Shown piece after piece: positions 29,111 to 38,791 of a DNA stretch of 64,000 bases; positions within the stretch are counted from its first letter, which is position 1, and each line of letters begins with the position of its first letter. The stretch comes from a candidate division WOR-3 bacterium (GTDB lineage: Bacteria > Hydrothermota > Tepidihabitantia > Tepidihabitantales > Tepidihabitantaceae). The notes beneath the pieces were generated by a model. It ran no database searches and was not told the DNA's origin. It was given only the letters and a program-made list of their open reading frames with translations. The stretch spans positions 2,495 through 66,494 of the forward strand of contig VGIR01000003.1 in the NCBI GenBank assembly GCA_016867815.1, given 5' to 3'. Position numbers and translations under genes: made by a program.

Positions 29111-29605
29111 TATCCGGAAGGTCGTTCTCGTCGAGTGACGTCGGGCTCTGGAAAGCATCGAGCAAGCGACTCTCCCGACAGCTCTCCGAGTAGTCCTCCC
29201 AACTCCCCTCCGAATTGCCCGGCGGGCTGCTTTCCGGATTATCTGCTGAGCTACTCTCCGGACAAACTGCGGAGCAGTCCGCGGAACTGCCTTCCCCGCA
29301 GTTCGCCGAGGAGCTCGCCGAGTTCCTCTCCGGATAGCTCTCCGAGTAGCTGACCGAATAGCTGTCCGGGCAGTTCTCCAGATTTCCTTCCGGATAGCCT
29401 GCGGAGCAACCTGCCGGACTGCTTTCCGGGCAGCTTGCCGAACTGCCTCCCGAACAACCTGGGGGGCGGGGTAGGGGAGGAGAGTGAATGCCCAATAACC
29501 AATTACTAATGAAGAAGTTAGAACAACTCGGGACTTGCCTCCAGGAGGACATATAGGAAACTGGACGCGTGCGACCGGCCTCAAGTGAGGGGCCGGTTTC
29601 GATGC
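29110..29605. repeat. 12-bp periodic dispersed element, copy A
   Basis: Degenerate CCGRRYAGCYYN units followed by tail AATAACCAATTACTAATG...GGAGGACATATAGGAAACTGG shared with 57160-57630. Confidence 0.85.
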
Positions 29606-29720
29606 ACGGACCAGGCTGTCAGGTCCGAGCGTCAGGACGCCGGCGAGGCGCGGTGCTTGCCAGCGGGGGAGAGGTGACTAGAATGAGCACTGGTACAAAG
29701 CCTCCTAAGGAGTCGTAACC

Positions 29721-30920
29721 ATGCCTCTTCTTGATCTCCGGCCGCAAGCAGTGCGCAGGACGCCCGCACAAATGGTCGAACACCTGAAGTCATTCAACCT
29801 CGACCTGAAGTTCTCTGCCGGGATCTGGTTCTTCTCGCCGTCGGAAAGCCGGTTCCATAAGAAGCATGGGCCTGACCTCTCGATCGAGCAGCGGCTGGAG
29901 ATTGCGCGGGGACTGAAGGAGTACGGTCTCGCCGGGCTGGAGGCGCACTACCCGAACGAGATCAACGAGGAGAATGAGAAGCTGTGGCGCGACTTCTGTG
30001 CCGACTCCGGCATGCGGCTGGTGACGGTTGTGCCGCTCCTATTCCGCAGTCCCAAGTTCGAGTTCGGTTCGCTCTCCAGCCCGTTGCCCGAAGCGCGCAA
30101 GGCAGCGATTGAAGTCACGCGGCGCGCGTTTGAGATGAACTGCCGGATGGATACCGATTTCTGCGTTGTCTGGCCCGGGATTGATGGGTATGAGAATCCG
30201 TTTGGCATGGACTTCGCCGCGATGCGCGACCGGTTCGCGGACGGCCTGGCCGAAGCTATGGACTGCGTGCCCGGGGTGCGGGTCGCGTTCGAGCCCAAGC
30301 CGTACGAGCCGCGCGGCCGAATCATCTTCGGTACGACGCCGGAGGGGCTGCTGCTCTGCCACATGGTAGAGGAGAGGCTGCAGAACCCGGAGAACCGGCG
30401 GCTCTTGGTCGAAGGCCATGCGCTCGTCGGGATGAATCCCGAGGTGGGGCATGCGCTGATGGCGTATGAAGACCTGCCGTACGCGTATAGCTGGCCACTA
30501 TCCGAAGGCAGGCTCTGTCACATGCACCTGAACAGCCAACCGCTCGGCAACTTCGACCAGGACCTGAACGTGGGGACTGTGGCGCCGGAACAGATTGAAG
30601 CGCTGCTCTATGTGCTGAAGATGCACGGCTATCAAGGCTGGTTCGGCATCGACATCAATCCCGAGCGCATGCCGGTGGACATGGGCCTGCGCATCTCGAT
30701 GGACGCGCTGCGCGCCGCCAATGACAGGATCACTGATCTTGACCACGAGTCAGTGGTCTTCGCAGTCAACCACCCGGACAAGGCGAGAGGGTGGCTTGAG
30801 GGATACCTCGTGCGCGCAAGGGCTCCACATCCGGAACGCCTGGCGCAGCTTCTACCCGTCGGGCCACAAGCCTCAAGCCACAAGCCGCAAGCTTCGGACC
30901 GGACGGGAGGATCGGAATGA
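29721..30920 (+). CDS. xylA: Xylose isomerase
   Basis: WPGIDGYE, FEPKPYEPR, NPEVGH, HLNSQ...FDQDL; upstream of xylulokinase. Confidence 0.78.
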   Translation: MPLLDLRPQAVRRTPAQMVEHLKSFNLDLKFSAGIWFFSPSESRFHKKHGPDLSIEQRLEIARGLKEYGLAGLEAHYPNEINEENEKLWRDFCADSGMRLVTVVPLLFRSPKFEFGSLSSPLPEARKAAIEVTRRAFEMNCRMDTDFCVVWPGIDGYENPFGMDFAAMRDRFADGLAEAMDCVPGVRVAFEPKPYEPRGRIIFGTTPEGLLLCHMVEERLQNPENRRLLVEGHALVGMNPEVGHALMAYEDLPYAYSWPLSEGRLCHMHLNSQPLGNFDQDLNVGTVAPEQIEALLYVLKMHGYQGWFGIDINPERMPVDMGLRISMDALRAANDRITDLDHESVVFAVNHPDKARGWLEGYLVRARAPHPERLAQLLPVGPQASSHKPQASDRTGGSE

Positions 30921-31297
30921 GGAAGGTGGACGACTACGAAGTATTCAAGCGTGCACATCAACTGACTCTCGACATCTATCGGCTGACGAAGCGCTTTCCC
31001 AAGGACGAGCTGTACTGCCTCACCTCGCAGATGAGGCGCGCTGCATACTCGATACCCACCAACTTGAAGGAAGGCAGCACTGGGACCGAAACGGAGTTCT
31101 TTAGATACGTCCGAATCAGCCTGGGCAGCAAGGAGGAGCTTGCCTATCAGGTTCGGCTCGCCCGCGACCTGGGATACACCTCTGAGATAGACGCTAGGAA
31201 GCTGTCGTCAGAGATCAGCGAGATCGGCGGCATGCTGTTCGGTCTGCTCCGCAAGCGGGGGACCGGAGCTTGAAGCTTGAGGCTTGGGGCTTGAGGC
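30870..31297 (+). mobile_element. Putative IVS-like unit: four-helix-bundle gene between 26-bp inverted heptamer arrays
   Basis: 30870-30895 and reverse complement of 31272-31297 match at 24/26. Confidence 0.5.
30917..31273 (+). CDS. Four helix bundle protein (23S rRNA IVS protein-like)
   Basis: IYRLTKRFPKDELYCLTSQMRRAAYSIPTNLKEG, ISLGSKEEL, ARDLGY. Confidence 0.92.
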   Translation: MRKVDDYEVFKRAHQLTLDIYRLTKRFPKDELYCLTSQMRRAAYSIPTNLKEGSTGTETEFFRYVRISLGSKEELAYQVRLARDLGYTSEIDARKLSSEISEIGGMLFGLLRKRGTGA

Positions 31298-31313
31298 CTC
31301 CGTTGCTTGCGCC

Positions 31314-32834
31314 ATGAGCCTGCTACTGGGCATCGACATCGGCACTTCGGGATGCAAAGCCGTTCTGATTGCTGGGGACGGGAGTGTTCGCGCGGAGGCT
31401 ACCACCGAGTATCCGATGGCGGTTCCGCGTCCCGGCTGGGCCGAGCAGAATCCTGAAGATTGGTGGCAAGCCACGATTGCCAGCATCAACCAGGTTCTGG
31501 CAAGCGCGAGAGGGGAGAGGGTTGTCGGAATCGGTCTCACCGGGCAGATGCACGGGCTTGTGCTCTTGGACGACGCCGGCAAGGTGCTGCGGCCATGCAT
31601 CATGTGGAACGACCAGCGGACTGCTGCTCAATGCGCGGAGATTGAAGAGAAGGTCGGGCGGGCGAAGCTGATTGAGCTGGCTGGCAAGCCGGCCCTGACC
31701 GGGTTCACTGCGGGGAAGATACTCTGGGTACGCGAGTACGAGCCGGACATCTTCCGCCGCGCACGGCACGTTCTGTTGCCCAAGGACTATGTACGCTATC
31801 GACTCACCGGTGCACTTGCGATGGACGTTGCCGAGGGCTCGGGCACGCTACTCATGGATGTGCGTAGGCGGGCGTGGTCAGATGAACTCCTGATGTCACT
31901 CGACATTCCGCGCGAGTGGCTGCCTTCACTACACGAGTCTCACGAGGTCGTTGCCGCGGTCAGCGCCGCGGCCGCATCGGCCACCGGACTGCGAGCGGGA
32001 ACGCCGGTCGTTGCCGGCGCGGGCGATCAAGCAGCACAGTCAATAGGTACCGGAATCGCGCGCGAGGGCGTCGTCTCCGTGACGATTGGGACTTCCGGAG
32101 TCGTGTTCGCGGCAACGAACCAGTACCGGTTCGACCCGACCGGAGAACTTCACGCCTATTGCCATGCGGTTCCTGATACGTGGCACCTGATGGGCGTTAC
32201 GCTTTCTGCAGGCGGGAGCTTGCGCTGGTTCCGTGACACGCTCTGCGAGAGTGAGAGGGCTGAAGCGCAACGCACCGGCCGCGACGCATACGACATCATC
32301 ACTGAGCTGGCTGGAACGGCGCAGGCCGGTTCGGATGGACTGCTTTTCCTGCCGTACCTGACGGGCGAAAGGACACCTCATGCTGACCCGAATGCACGCG
32401 GTGTGTTCTTCGGTCTGTCACTTCGGCATACCAGGGCGCATATGGCGCGGGCGGTGCTGGAGGGAGTGACGTTCTCGCTGCGCGAGTGCCTGGACCTGCT
32501 GTGCAACCTGGGGCAGAGTTGCCTGCGCGTGCGCGTGTCGGGCGGTGGCTCGCGTTCGGCGTTCTGGCGGCAGATGATGGCCGACGTGTTCGGTACTGAG
32601 ATCGTACAAGTTAACGTGCCGCAGGGCGCCGCCTATGGCGCGGCCTTGCTGGCCGGCGTCGGAACAGGCGTCTATTCTAGTGAAGAGCAAGCCTGCGAGC
32701 GGACCGTGCATGAAACCGAGAGCACCAGGCCGGGGTCGAGCGCCGGCGCCTACACTGAAGCCTACGAGCGCTATCGCGCTCTCTATCCTGCGCTGGCTCC
32801 CGAATTCAAGCGTGCCGGGCGAGCCGAGGCCTGA
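31314..32834 (+). CDS. xylB: Xylulokinase
   Basis: GIDIGTSG, GLTGQMHG, WNDQRT, GAGDQAA, FLPYLTGERTP. Confidence 0.93.
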   Translation: MSLLLGIDIGTSGCKAVLIAGDGSVRAEATTEYPMAVPRPGWAEQNPEDWWQATIASINQVLASARGERVVGIGLTGQMHGLVLLDDAGKVLRPCIMWNDQRTAAQCAEIEEKVGRAKLIELAGKPALTGFTAGKILWVREYEPDIFRRARHVLLPKDYVRYRLTGALAMDVAEGSGTLLMDVRRRAWSDELLMSLDIPREWLPSLHESHEVVAAVSAAAASATGLRAGTPVVAGAGDQAAQSIGTGIAREGVVSVTIGTSGVVFAATNQYRFDPTGELHAYCHAVPDTWHLMGVTLSAGGSLRWFRDTLCESERAEAQRTGRDAYDIITELAGTAQAGSDGLLFLPYLTGERTPHADPNARGVFFGLSLRHTRAHMARAVLEGVTFSLRECLDLLCNLGQSCLRVRVSGGGSRSAFWRQMMADVFGTEIVQVNVPQGAAYGAALLAGVGTGVYSSEEQACERTVHETESTRPGSSAGAYTEAYERYRALYPALAPEFKRAGRAEA

Positions 32835-32837
32835 ACG

Positions 32838-34298
32838 ATGATACGACCGCAACGGTTCCTCGCTTTCGACCTCGGGGCTGAGTCGGGACGGTCTATGATG
32901 GGAGAGCTGGATGACGGCAGGCTGGGTCTTCGCGATGTGAGCCGTTTCCCGAACCGTATGCTGGAGCTCAATGGACACTTGTTCTGGGATGTCTGGCATC
33001 TGCTGAGCGAGGTGAAGAGCGCGATGAAGGCCTGCGCCGAAGAGCAGCCCATCAGCATCGGCGTAGATACGTGGGGAGTTGACTTCGGTCTGCTCGCGCC
33101 CGATGGAACGCTTCTGGGCCTTCCCTACTCATACCGTGACAACAGGACTGCAGGTGCCATGTCGCTATTCCACAGACTTGTACCTAGGCAGCGAACGTTC
33201 GAGCTTACCGGGATCCAGTTCCTACCTATCAACACGCTGTACCAGCTGTACTCGATGAAGCGTGACAAGTCACCGCTACTCGACGTCGCTTTCAACTTGC
33301 TCTTCATGCCCGATCTGCTGGTCTACTTGCTCACAGGCCGCAAGGCTACCGAGTTCACAATCGCCACCACCTCGCAGCTATACAATCCCACAAAGCAGGC
33401 GTGGTCGGCCGAGTTGCTGAGGGCACTTGGACTGCCCAGGCCTTTCATGCAGGACATTGTACAGCCCGGGACCGAGATGGGACCGCTTGTGCCTTCAGTC
33501 GCATCCGAGGTCGGGCTCAAGACAACGCGCGTGGTAGCCACTGCGAGTCACGACACGGCCGCAGCAGTTGCGGCCGTTCCCGCTGAAGGCACCGGGTGGA
33601 TGTTCATAAGCGCCGGGACTTGGTCGCTCGTAGGTGTCGAAACCGAAACACCAATTGCGACAAGCGCGGCTCTGCGCCACAACTTCACCAACGAGGGCGG
33701 CGTTGGCGGTCGCTTCCGATTCCTGAAGAATGTGACCGGGTTCTGGCTGCTGCAGCAACTTGTTAGGTCGTGGCGCGAGCCAGCCGAATACGGCGCGCTC
33801 GTTAAGGAGGCGGCAGAGGCGCAGCCGCTCGGTGTGGTGCTCGACCCCGATGCAGCCTGCTTGCGTGCTCCCGGGGATATGGGCACGGCCCTGGTCGAGT
33901 TCTGCCGTGGCACCGGGCAGCGGGCCCCTCGCACCCGGGCGGGCCAGGTGCGGGCGATTCTCGAAGGGCTGGCTCTGAAGTACCGGCGGGTCAGGGATGA
34001 ACTGGAGCAGGTCACCGGGCGGAGATTGGACCGTGTTCACGTTGTCGGCGGCGGAGCCCGCAACTGGCTTCTATGCCAGATGACGGCCGACGCACTCGGG
34101 TTGCCCGTGTTTGCCGGTCCGGCTGAGGCCACGTCCGTCGGTAACATCATGGTTCAGGCAATGGCCGCCGGCCTTGTCTCATCGTTGGAGGAGATTCGTG
34201 CGGTCGTGCGTGAATCGTCTGCGGTCAGGCGGTTTCGGCCGAGGCCGTCGAAGGAATGGGATGCTGCGTACAAGCGGTTCAGCGGTATTGTGAGGTAG
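32838..34298 (+). CDS. rhaB: Rhamnulokinase
   Basis: AFDLGAESGR, DTWGVDF, TGIQFLPINTLYQL, SHDTA, FTNEGG. Confidence 0.9.
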   Translation: MIRPQRFLAFDLGAESGRSMMGELDDGRLGLRDVSRFPNRMLELNGHLFWDVWHLLSEVKSAMKACAEEQPISIGVDTWGVDFGLLAPDGTLLGLPYSYRDNRTAGAMSLFHRLVPRQRTFELTGIQFLPINTLYQLYSMKRDKSPLLDVAFNLLFMPDLLVYLLTGRKATEFTIATTSQLYNPTKQAWSAELLRALGLPRPFMQDIVQPGTEMGPLVPSVASEVGLKTTRVVATASHDTAAAVAAVPAEGTGWMFISAGTWSLVGVETETPIATSAALRHNFTNEGGVGGRFRFLKNVTGFWLLQQLVRSWREPAEYGALVKEAAEAQPLGVVLDPDAACLRAPGDMGTALVEFCRGTGQRAPRTRAGQVRAILEGLALKYRRVRDELEQVTGRRLDRVHVVGGGARNWLLCQMTADALGLPVFAGPAEATSVGNIMVQAMAAGLVSSLEEIRAVVRESSAVRRFRPRPSKEWDAAYKRFSGIVR

Positions 34299-34303
34299 AC
34301 GCC

Positions 34304-35557
34304 ATGAAGGACAGCAGATTGGAGCAGGCTTTCGACCGGGCGAAGGAGCAGTACCAGGGCATCGGCATCGACGTCGAAACAGCGACGGAGATCCTGGGCC
34401 GCGTGCCGCTGTCGCTGCACTGCTGGCAGGGCGACGACGTGACCGGGTTCGAACACGAACGGGCTACGCTGGCCGGATCCGGCCTCGCCGTGACCGGTTC
34501 GTACCTGGGGCGGGCGCGCAACCCGACCGAGCTGCGGAAGGACATGGAGATAGCGTTCTCCCTGATTCCGGGCCGGCATCGCGTGAACCTGCACGCGATG
34601 TATGGTGAGTTCCCCGCCGGCATCGAACGGGACGCAATCGCCCCGGAGCACTACCTCGGCTGGCTCGCATGGGCGCGGGAGCGCGGGCTCGGGCTGGACT
34701 TCAACGCCACCCTCTTCGCGCACGCCAAGGCCGCATCCGGGTTCACTCTGAGCAGCACTGACGAGAGTGTGCGTCGGTTCTGGATAGAGCATGTCCGGCG
34801 CAGTCGCGAAGTCGGCGCGTTCCTCGGCCGCGAGCTGGGAAGTCCCTGCATCCACAACCTGTGGATTCCCGACGGCGCCAAGGACGCGGTCATCGACCGC
34901 TGGGAGCGCAGGAGCGCGCTTCGCAAGGCACTCGATGACGCGTTCGCGAAGTCTTACCCTCCGACCGAGCTGAAGGACTCGGTCGAGAGCAAGCTCTGGG
35001 GAGTCGGCAGTGAGACTTTCGTCGTCGGGTCGCACGAGTTCTACCTTGGCTACGCCTTGAGTCGCGGGCTCCTGCTCTGCCTGGACATGGGACACTTCCA
35101 TCCCACCGAGTCGGTAGCGGACAAAGTGTCGGCCATCCTCCAGTTCTCCGGCGAGCTGCTGATTCACGTGAGCCGCGGCGTACGCTGGGATTCGGACCAT
35201 GTCGTCGTGCTTGATGGCGGGTTGCAGGACGTCATGTCCGAGGTCGTGCGCACGGGAGCACTCGGCCGAGTTCACTTCGCCCTCGACTACTTCGATGCCG
35301 GGATGAACCGGGTCGCGGCCTGGGTCATCGGCGCGCGGGCCGCACTGAAGGCGCTGCTGGCGGCGCTGCTCGAACCTGTGGCACAACTGCGCGAACTGGA
35401 CCAGACTGGAAGGCTGGCTTTGCTCGAACAGGCGAGGATGATGCCGCTCGGGGCAGTCTGGGACTACTGCTGCCTGCGAGCAGGCGTTCCTTTGGAACAG
35501 GATTGGATGGTTGACGTCAGGCGGTATGAGTCCGAGGTGCTGAGTGGCCGGCAGTGA
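34304..35557 (+). CDS. rhaA: L-rhamnose isomerase
   Basis: SLHCWQGDDV, WIPDG, DSVESKL, VGSHEFY, DMGHFHPTE, RWDSDHVV. Confidence 0.95.
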   Translation: MKDSRLEQAFDRAKEQYQGIGIDVETATEILGRVPLSLHCWQGDDVTGFEHERATLAGSGLAVTGSYLGRARNPTELRKDMEIAFSLIPGRHRVNLHAMYGEFPAGIERDAIAPEHYLGWLAWARERGLGLDFNATLFAHAKAASGFTLSSTDESVRRFWIEHVRRSREVGAFLGRELGSPCIHNLWIPDGAKDAVIDRWERRSALRKALDDAFAKSYPPTELKDSVESKLWGVGSETFVVGSHEFYLGYALSRGLLLCLDMGHFHPTESVADKVSAILQFSGELLIHVSRGVRWDSDHVVVLDGGLQDVMSEVVRTGALGRVHFALDYFDAGMNRVAAWVIGARAALKALLAALLEPVAQLRELDQTGRLALLEQARMMPLGAVWDYCCLRAGVPLEQDWMVDVRRYESEVLSGRQ

Positions 35558-37583
35558 CAGGGCTCAGGCTAAAGCCCAAGCCCGCGCAGAGAAGGTTTCA
35601 AGCCGCAAGCCTCAAGCTTCAGGCTCAGGCACTGGACCACAAGACCACTTGGCCACTGGACCACTTCCCTCTCTTCTCTACCCCGATTCCCGGCCGTGGA
35701 CGCGGTGGTGGTGGTTCAATGTCGAACTCCGCGAGGAGGATATCAGGGCACAACTCGAATGGGTGAAAGGGAACGGGTTCGGAGGAGTTGAGCTGGCGTT
35801 CATCTATCCTCTGCCCGGGCAGAAGCGCGGGCCGGACTTCCTGAGTCCGGAATGGTCGCGGAAGGTCGCGCACGCCAAGCGTTGCTGCGAGTCATTGGGT
35901 CTGGGTTGCGACTTCACGTTCGGTACCCTGTGGCCGTTCGGGGGAACCTTCGTATCTGAGGCCGACGCATCTCAGAGATACGACGGGCCGTCACCCCAGG
36001 AACTTGGGCGTTCCTGGGAGTTGCCCGAGGAAGGTAGAATACTCAATCACCTTGACCGACAGGCATTCGGCCGGTACGCAGAGCGGATGGGCGGCGCGCT
36101 CCGCGACGCACTCGACGGCACGAAGTCGGCGCTGTTCTGCGACTCATTTGAGGTGGAGACGGAAGGGCTATGGACACCCGGTTTCGACGATCGGTTCCGG
36201 GAGCTGTTCGGGTACGACGTACTGCCGTTCATGCAGAAGATCGACGAGCATCCCGACGTGCGCTACGACTATCGCAAGCTCATCGCCGACTACATTCTGC
36301 GTGAGTTCTACGAACCGTTCACTGAATGCAGCCACAGGCATTATTCATTCACCCGTGTGCAGTGTCATGGTGCGCCATGCGACCTGCTGGCCGCGTACGC
36401 GGCGTCGGACGTGCCCGAGTCGGAAGCTATCCTCTTTGATCCCGAGTTCAGCCGGATTCCGGCCTCTTCGGCCGCGCTGTCAGGCAGGCCGATCGTATCA
36501 GCCGAAGCGTTCACTTGCCTCTACGGTTGGGTTCCGTATCCCGGACCGGGGCAGCAACAGGGCGAGGAGCAGGTTGCCGACTTGAAACTGCTGGCGGACG
36601 CGCTGTTTGCCAACGGCGTGAACCACGTCTTCTGGCATGGGATGCCTTATCAGCAGCAAGCCCCAAGCCACAAGCCGCAAGCAGGAGCCAGGAAGGCGCA
36701 AGCCCAAGCTCAAGCGCAAGCAGTGCAGCGGAACTGGTTCTATGCGAGCGTGCATGTGGGGCCGGATAGCTCCTTTGCGGATGGGTTACTCGATTTCAAT
36801 GCCTACATGGAGAGAGCCTGTGGAGCGATGAGGCTGGGACGACCCTATTCCGACGTGGCCGTGTATCTGCCGCTCGAAGACCAATGGATGAAGGGCGAGG
36901 TGCCAAAGGAACAGCAGAAGCCAAGCGCCAGGTATCATTGGGAGATGCACTGCCTGCGTCCGCCGGCGGAGTTGGCAGGACGGCAGCCGCTCTGGGTGTC
37001 GGCGTCATTCCTGGAGCGGGCATGGGTCGAGGATGGGGTGCTCCGGGTTGGAGACGCACGCTTCAGTCTTCTCTATGTTGACTGTGAGTGGGTTGACGGT
37101 GACGGCCTCCGCCAGGTGGCGCGTCTGGCAAAGGCCGGTTTGCCGGTGTGTCTCAAGCGGCTGCCCAAGAGGCCCGGCAGGGCTGTGGACAAGCGGGCGG
37201 GGAAGGAGTATCAGTCAACCCTGGAGGCGCTGACCAGAACCGACAACGTGAGCAGCGACCTGGGGAGTCTGACGCAGGAGCCACCGCTGTTGTCCGGCCG
37301 CGATGCACCCGACTTCTGGTGCAGGGCAGTTGACGACGAGTTGCTGTTCTTCTTCGGGCATCCGGCCTCGCGTGGTCTGACCTACCCGATGAAGCACGGA
37401 CAGGCAGCTCAGGCGGGGCAGACCGGCAGAGACCTGAAGTTCAACCTCGGCGACAGCAGCCCGGCATTCGAACTATCTGTCGAGTTCGGGCAGTTTGAGT
37501 CCGTGCTGCTTCGCGCATCCCGAACGGGTCGAGTCGAACGCCTCGATCTCAACTACACGCCGTCCTTCCCGTTCACGGGCTGA
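35544..37583 (+). CDS. Glycoside hydrolase, GH106 alpha-L-rhamnosidase-like, with repeat-derived N-terminus and internal insertion
   Basis: SRPWTRWWW, GFGGVE, WPFGG, FCDSFE, PESE, SAEAFT, GVNHVFWHG; start uncertain. Confidence 0.75.
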   Translation: MAGSDRAQAKAQARAEKVSSRKPQASGSGTGPQDHLATGPLPSLLYPDSRPWTRWWWFNVELREEDIRAQLEWVKGNGFGGVELAFIYPLPGQKRGPDFLSPEWSRKVAHAKRCCESLGLGCDFTFGTLWPFGGTFVSEADASQRYDGPSPQELGRSWELPEEGRILNHLDRQAFGRYAERMGGALRDALDGTKSALFCDSFEVETEGLWTPGFDDRFRELFGYDVLPFMQKIDEHPDVRYDYRKLIADYILREFYEPFTECSHRHYSFTRVQCHGAPCDLLAAYAASDVPESEAILFDPEFSRIPASSAALSGRPIVSAEAFTCLYGWVPYPGPGQQQGEEQVADLKLLADALFANGVNHVFWHGMPYQQQAPSHKPQAGARKAQAQAQAQAVQRNWFYASVHVGPDSSFADGLLDFNAYMERACGAMRLGRPYSDVAVYLPLEDQWMKGEVPKEQQKPSARYHWEMHCLRPPAELAGRQPLWVSASFLERAWVEDGVLRVGDARFSLLYVDCEWVDGDGLRQVARLAKAGLPVCLKRLPKRPGRAVDKRAGKEYQSTLEALTRTDNVSSDLGSLTQEPPLLSGRDAPDFWCRAVDDELLFFFGHPASRGLTYPMKHGQAAQAGQTGRDLKFNLGDSSPAFELSVEFGQFESVLLRASRTGRVERLDLNYTPSFPFTG

Positions 37584-37654
37584 CCGAACCGGCATGCATC
37601 CGGACCCGGGCCCGGCCAGGATTCCGACACCTGCCCGTCATCGAACAAGGCCTC

Positions 37655-37847
37655 TTGACTCCCGGGAGGATGTTGCTACAATTATGTGTTGGTTGCCAAG
37701 GGGACCGGCAACCAACAAAGAGTAACCAGGTCCCAAGGTTGCTTGTGTAACGTCAGGTGTCTATGAGTCCAAGTCTGTGCTTAGTCCAGACCCGCCCGTA
37801 GCTCCCTTCAACGATTCTCAAGCGCAAACATACGGAGGTCCGTTATA
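37655..37847 (+). promoter_or_regulatory. Promoter and long structured 5' UTR of the RRM gene
   Basis: TTGACT-N16-TACAAT; 11-bp stem TGTTGGTTGCC/GGCAACCAACA at 37687-37717; GGAGG RBS. Confidence 0.55.
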
Positions 37848-38171
37848 ATGGGTACGCGCATATTCGTAGGGAATCTTCCCTTCAGCGCAACCGAGACGCA
37901 GCTCAACGAGCTGTTCAGTCAGCATGGCGAAGTGACTTCGGTCAGCATCGTGAAGGACAAGTTCACGGACAGGTCACGGGGATTTGCGTTCGTCGAGATG
38001 ACCGCTGCCGATGCAGCGACCGCGGCGATTGCAGCCCTCAACTCGTACCAGATGGAAGGCCGGCCGCTTACCGTCAACGTGGCGCGCGAGCGCACCGAAG
38101 GTTCGCGTCCGCCCCGCGGCAACGATCGTCGTTCGCCGCGTAGCGGCGGCTTCTCCGGCAACCGCTGGTAG
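37848..38171 (+). CDS. RNA recognition motif (RRM) RNA-binding protein
   Basis: IFVGNL (RNP2), RSRGFAFVEM (RNP1), Gly/Arg tail. Confidence 0.95.
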   Translation: MGTRIFVGNLPFSATETQLNELFSQHGEVTSVSIVKDKFTDRSRGFAFVEMTAADAATAAIAALNSYQMEGRPLTVNVARERTEGSRPPRGNDRRSPRSGGFSGNRW

Positions 38172-38191
38172 AAGACAAGCGTAAGCTTGAG

Positions 38192-38219
38192 GGGCGGGCG
38201 CAAGCCCGCCCTTTGCTTT
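38192..38219 (+). terminator. Rho-independent terminator
   Basis: GGGCGGGC-GCAA-GCCCGCCC followed by TTTGCTTT. Confidence 0.75.
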
Positions 38220-38263
38220 GCGGCCCGTTGACTTGCCGGGGCGCGTCTATATCATCACTGCCT

Positions 38264-38791
38264 ATGAGTGAGCGATTCCCCCAGCTTGCCGGACTGAGTC
38301 GTGAAGATCTGGTCGGACTGATTGAGGATGCAGCGAGGAACTGGCTGGCGCACGACGGACTCTGGTTCCAGGCGGTCGAGCACGCCCACGGAATGGATGC
38401 CGCCATCAAGGCCGACACCGAGGCCTGGCGCGGCTTCACGGTCATTGAGGCGAAGCGTATCATGGAGCGGCACGGAATCGCTCCCGGCGGTGGCATTCCG
38501 GCGTTGGTCAAAGCACTGTCGTTGCGTCTCTATGCCTTCCTCAACAAGCAGGATGTGGTCGAGCAGAGCGAGAAACGGGTTGTGTTCCGGATGCTGGATT
38601 GCCGGGTTCAGTCGGCGCGCAAGAGGAAAGGCCTCGCCGATTTTCCCTGCAAGCCGGTCGGGCTGGTGGAGTACGAATGGTTCGCGAAGACGATTGACCC
38701 GAGGATCGAGACGCGCTGCATTTGCTGCCCGCCGGACGGGCACCCGGATGACGTTTGGTGTGCCTGGGAGTTCAGGCTCAAGGCGGAATGA
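38264..38791 (+). CDS. DUF6125 family protein
   Basis: NWLAHDGLWFQAVE, CRVQSARKRKGL, FPCK, IDPRI.TRC.CCPPD, CAWEF. Confidence 0.78.
   Translation: MSERFPQLAGLSREDLVGLIEDAARNWLAHDGLWFQAVEHAHGMDAAIKADTEAWRGFTVIEAKRIMERHGIAPGGGIPALVKALSLRLYAFLNKQDVVEQSEKRVVFRMLDCRVQSARKRKGLADFPCKPVGLVEYEWFAKTIDPRIETRCICCPPDGHPDDVWCAWEFRLKAE

Noticed and set aside
29110..29460. CRISPR array
   Set aside because: Contiguous degenerate 12-bp units without unique spacers; no cas genes.
29105..29584. Histone/protamine-like Arg-rich CDS (and the overlapping Ser/Cys-rich ORF 29091-29552)
   Set aside because: The equivalent frames are interrupted by stops in the second copy and there is no clear start signal; kept only as an alternative in the finding.
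30917..31273. Diversity-generating retroelement (Avd-like gene)
   Set aside because: No reverse transcriptase and no template/variable repeat pair with adenine-specific mismatches seen in the window.
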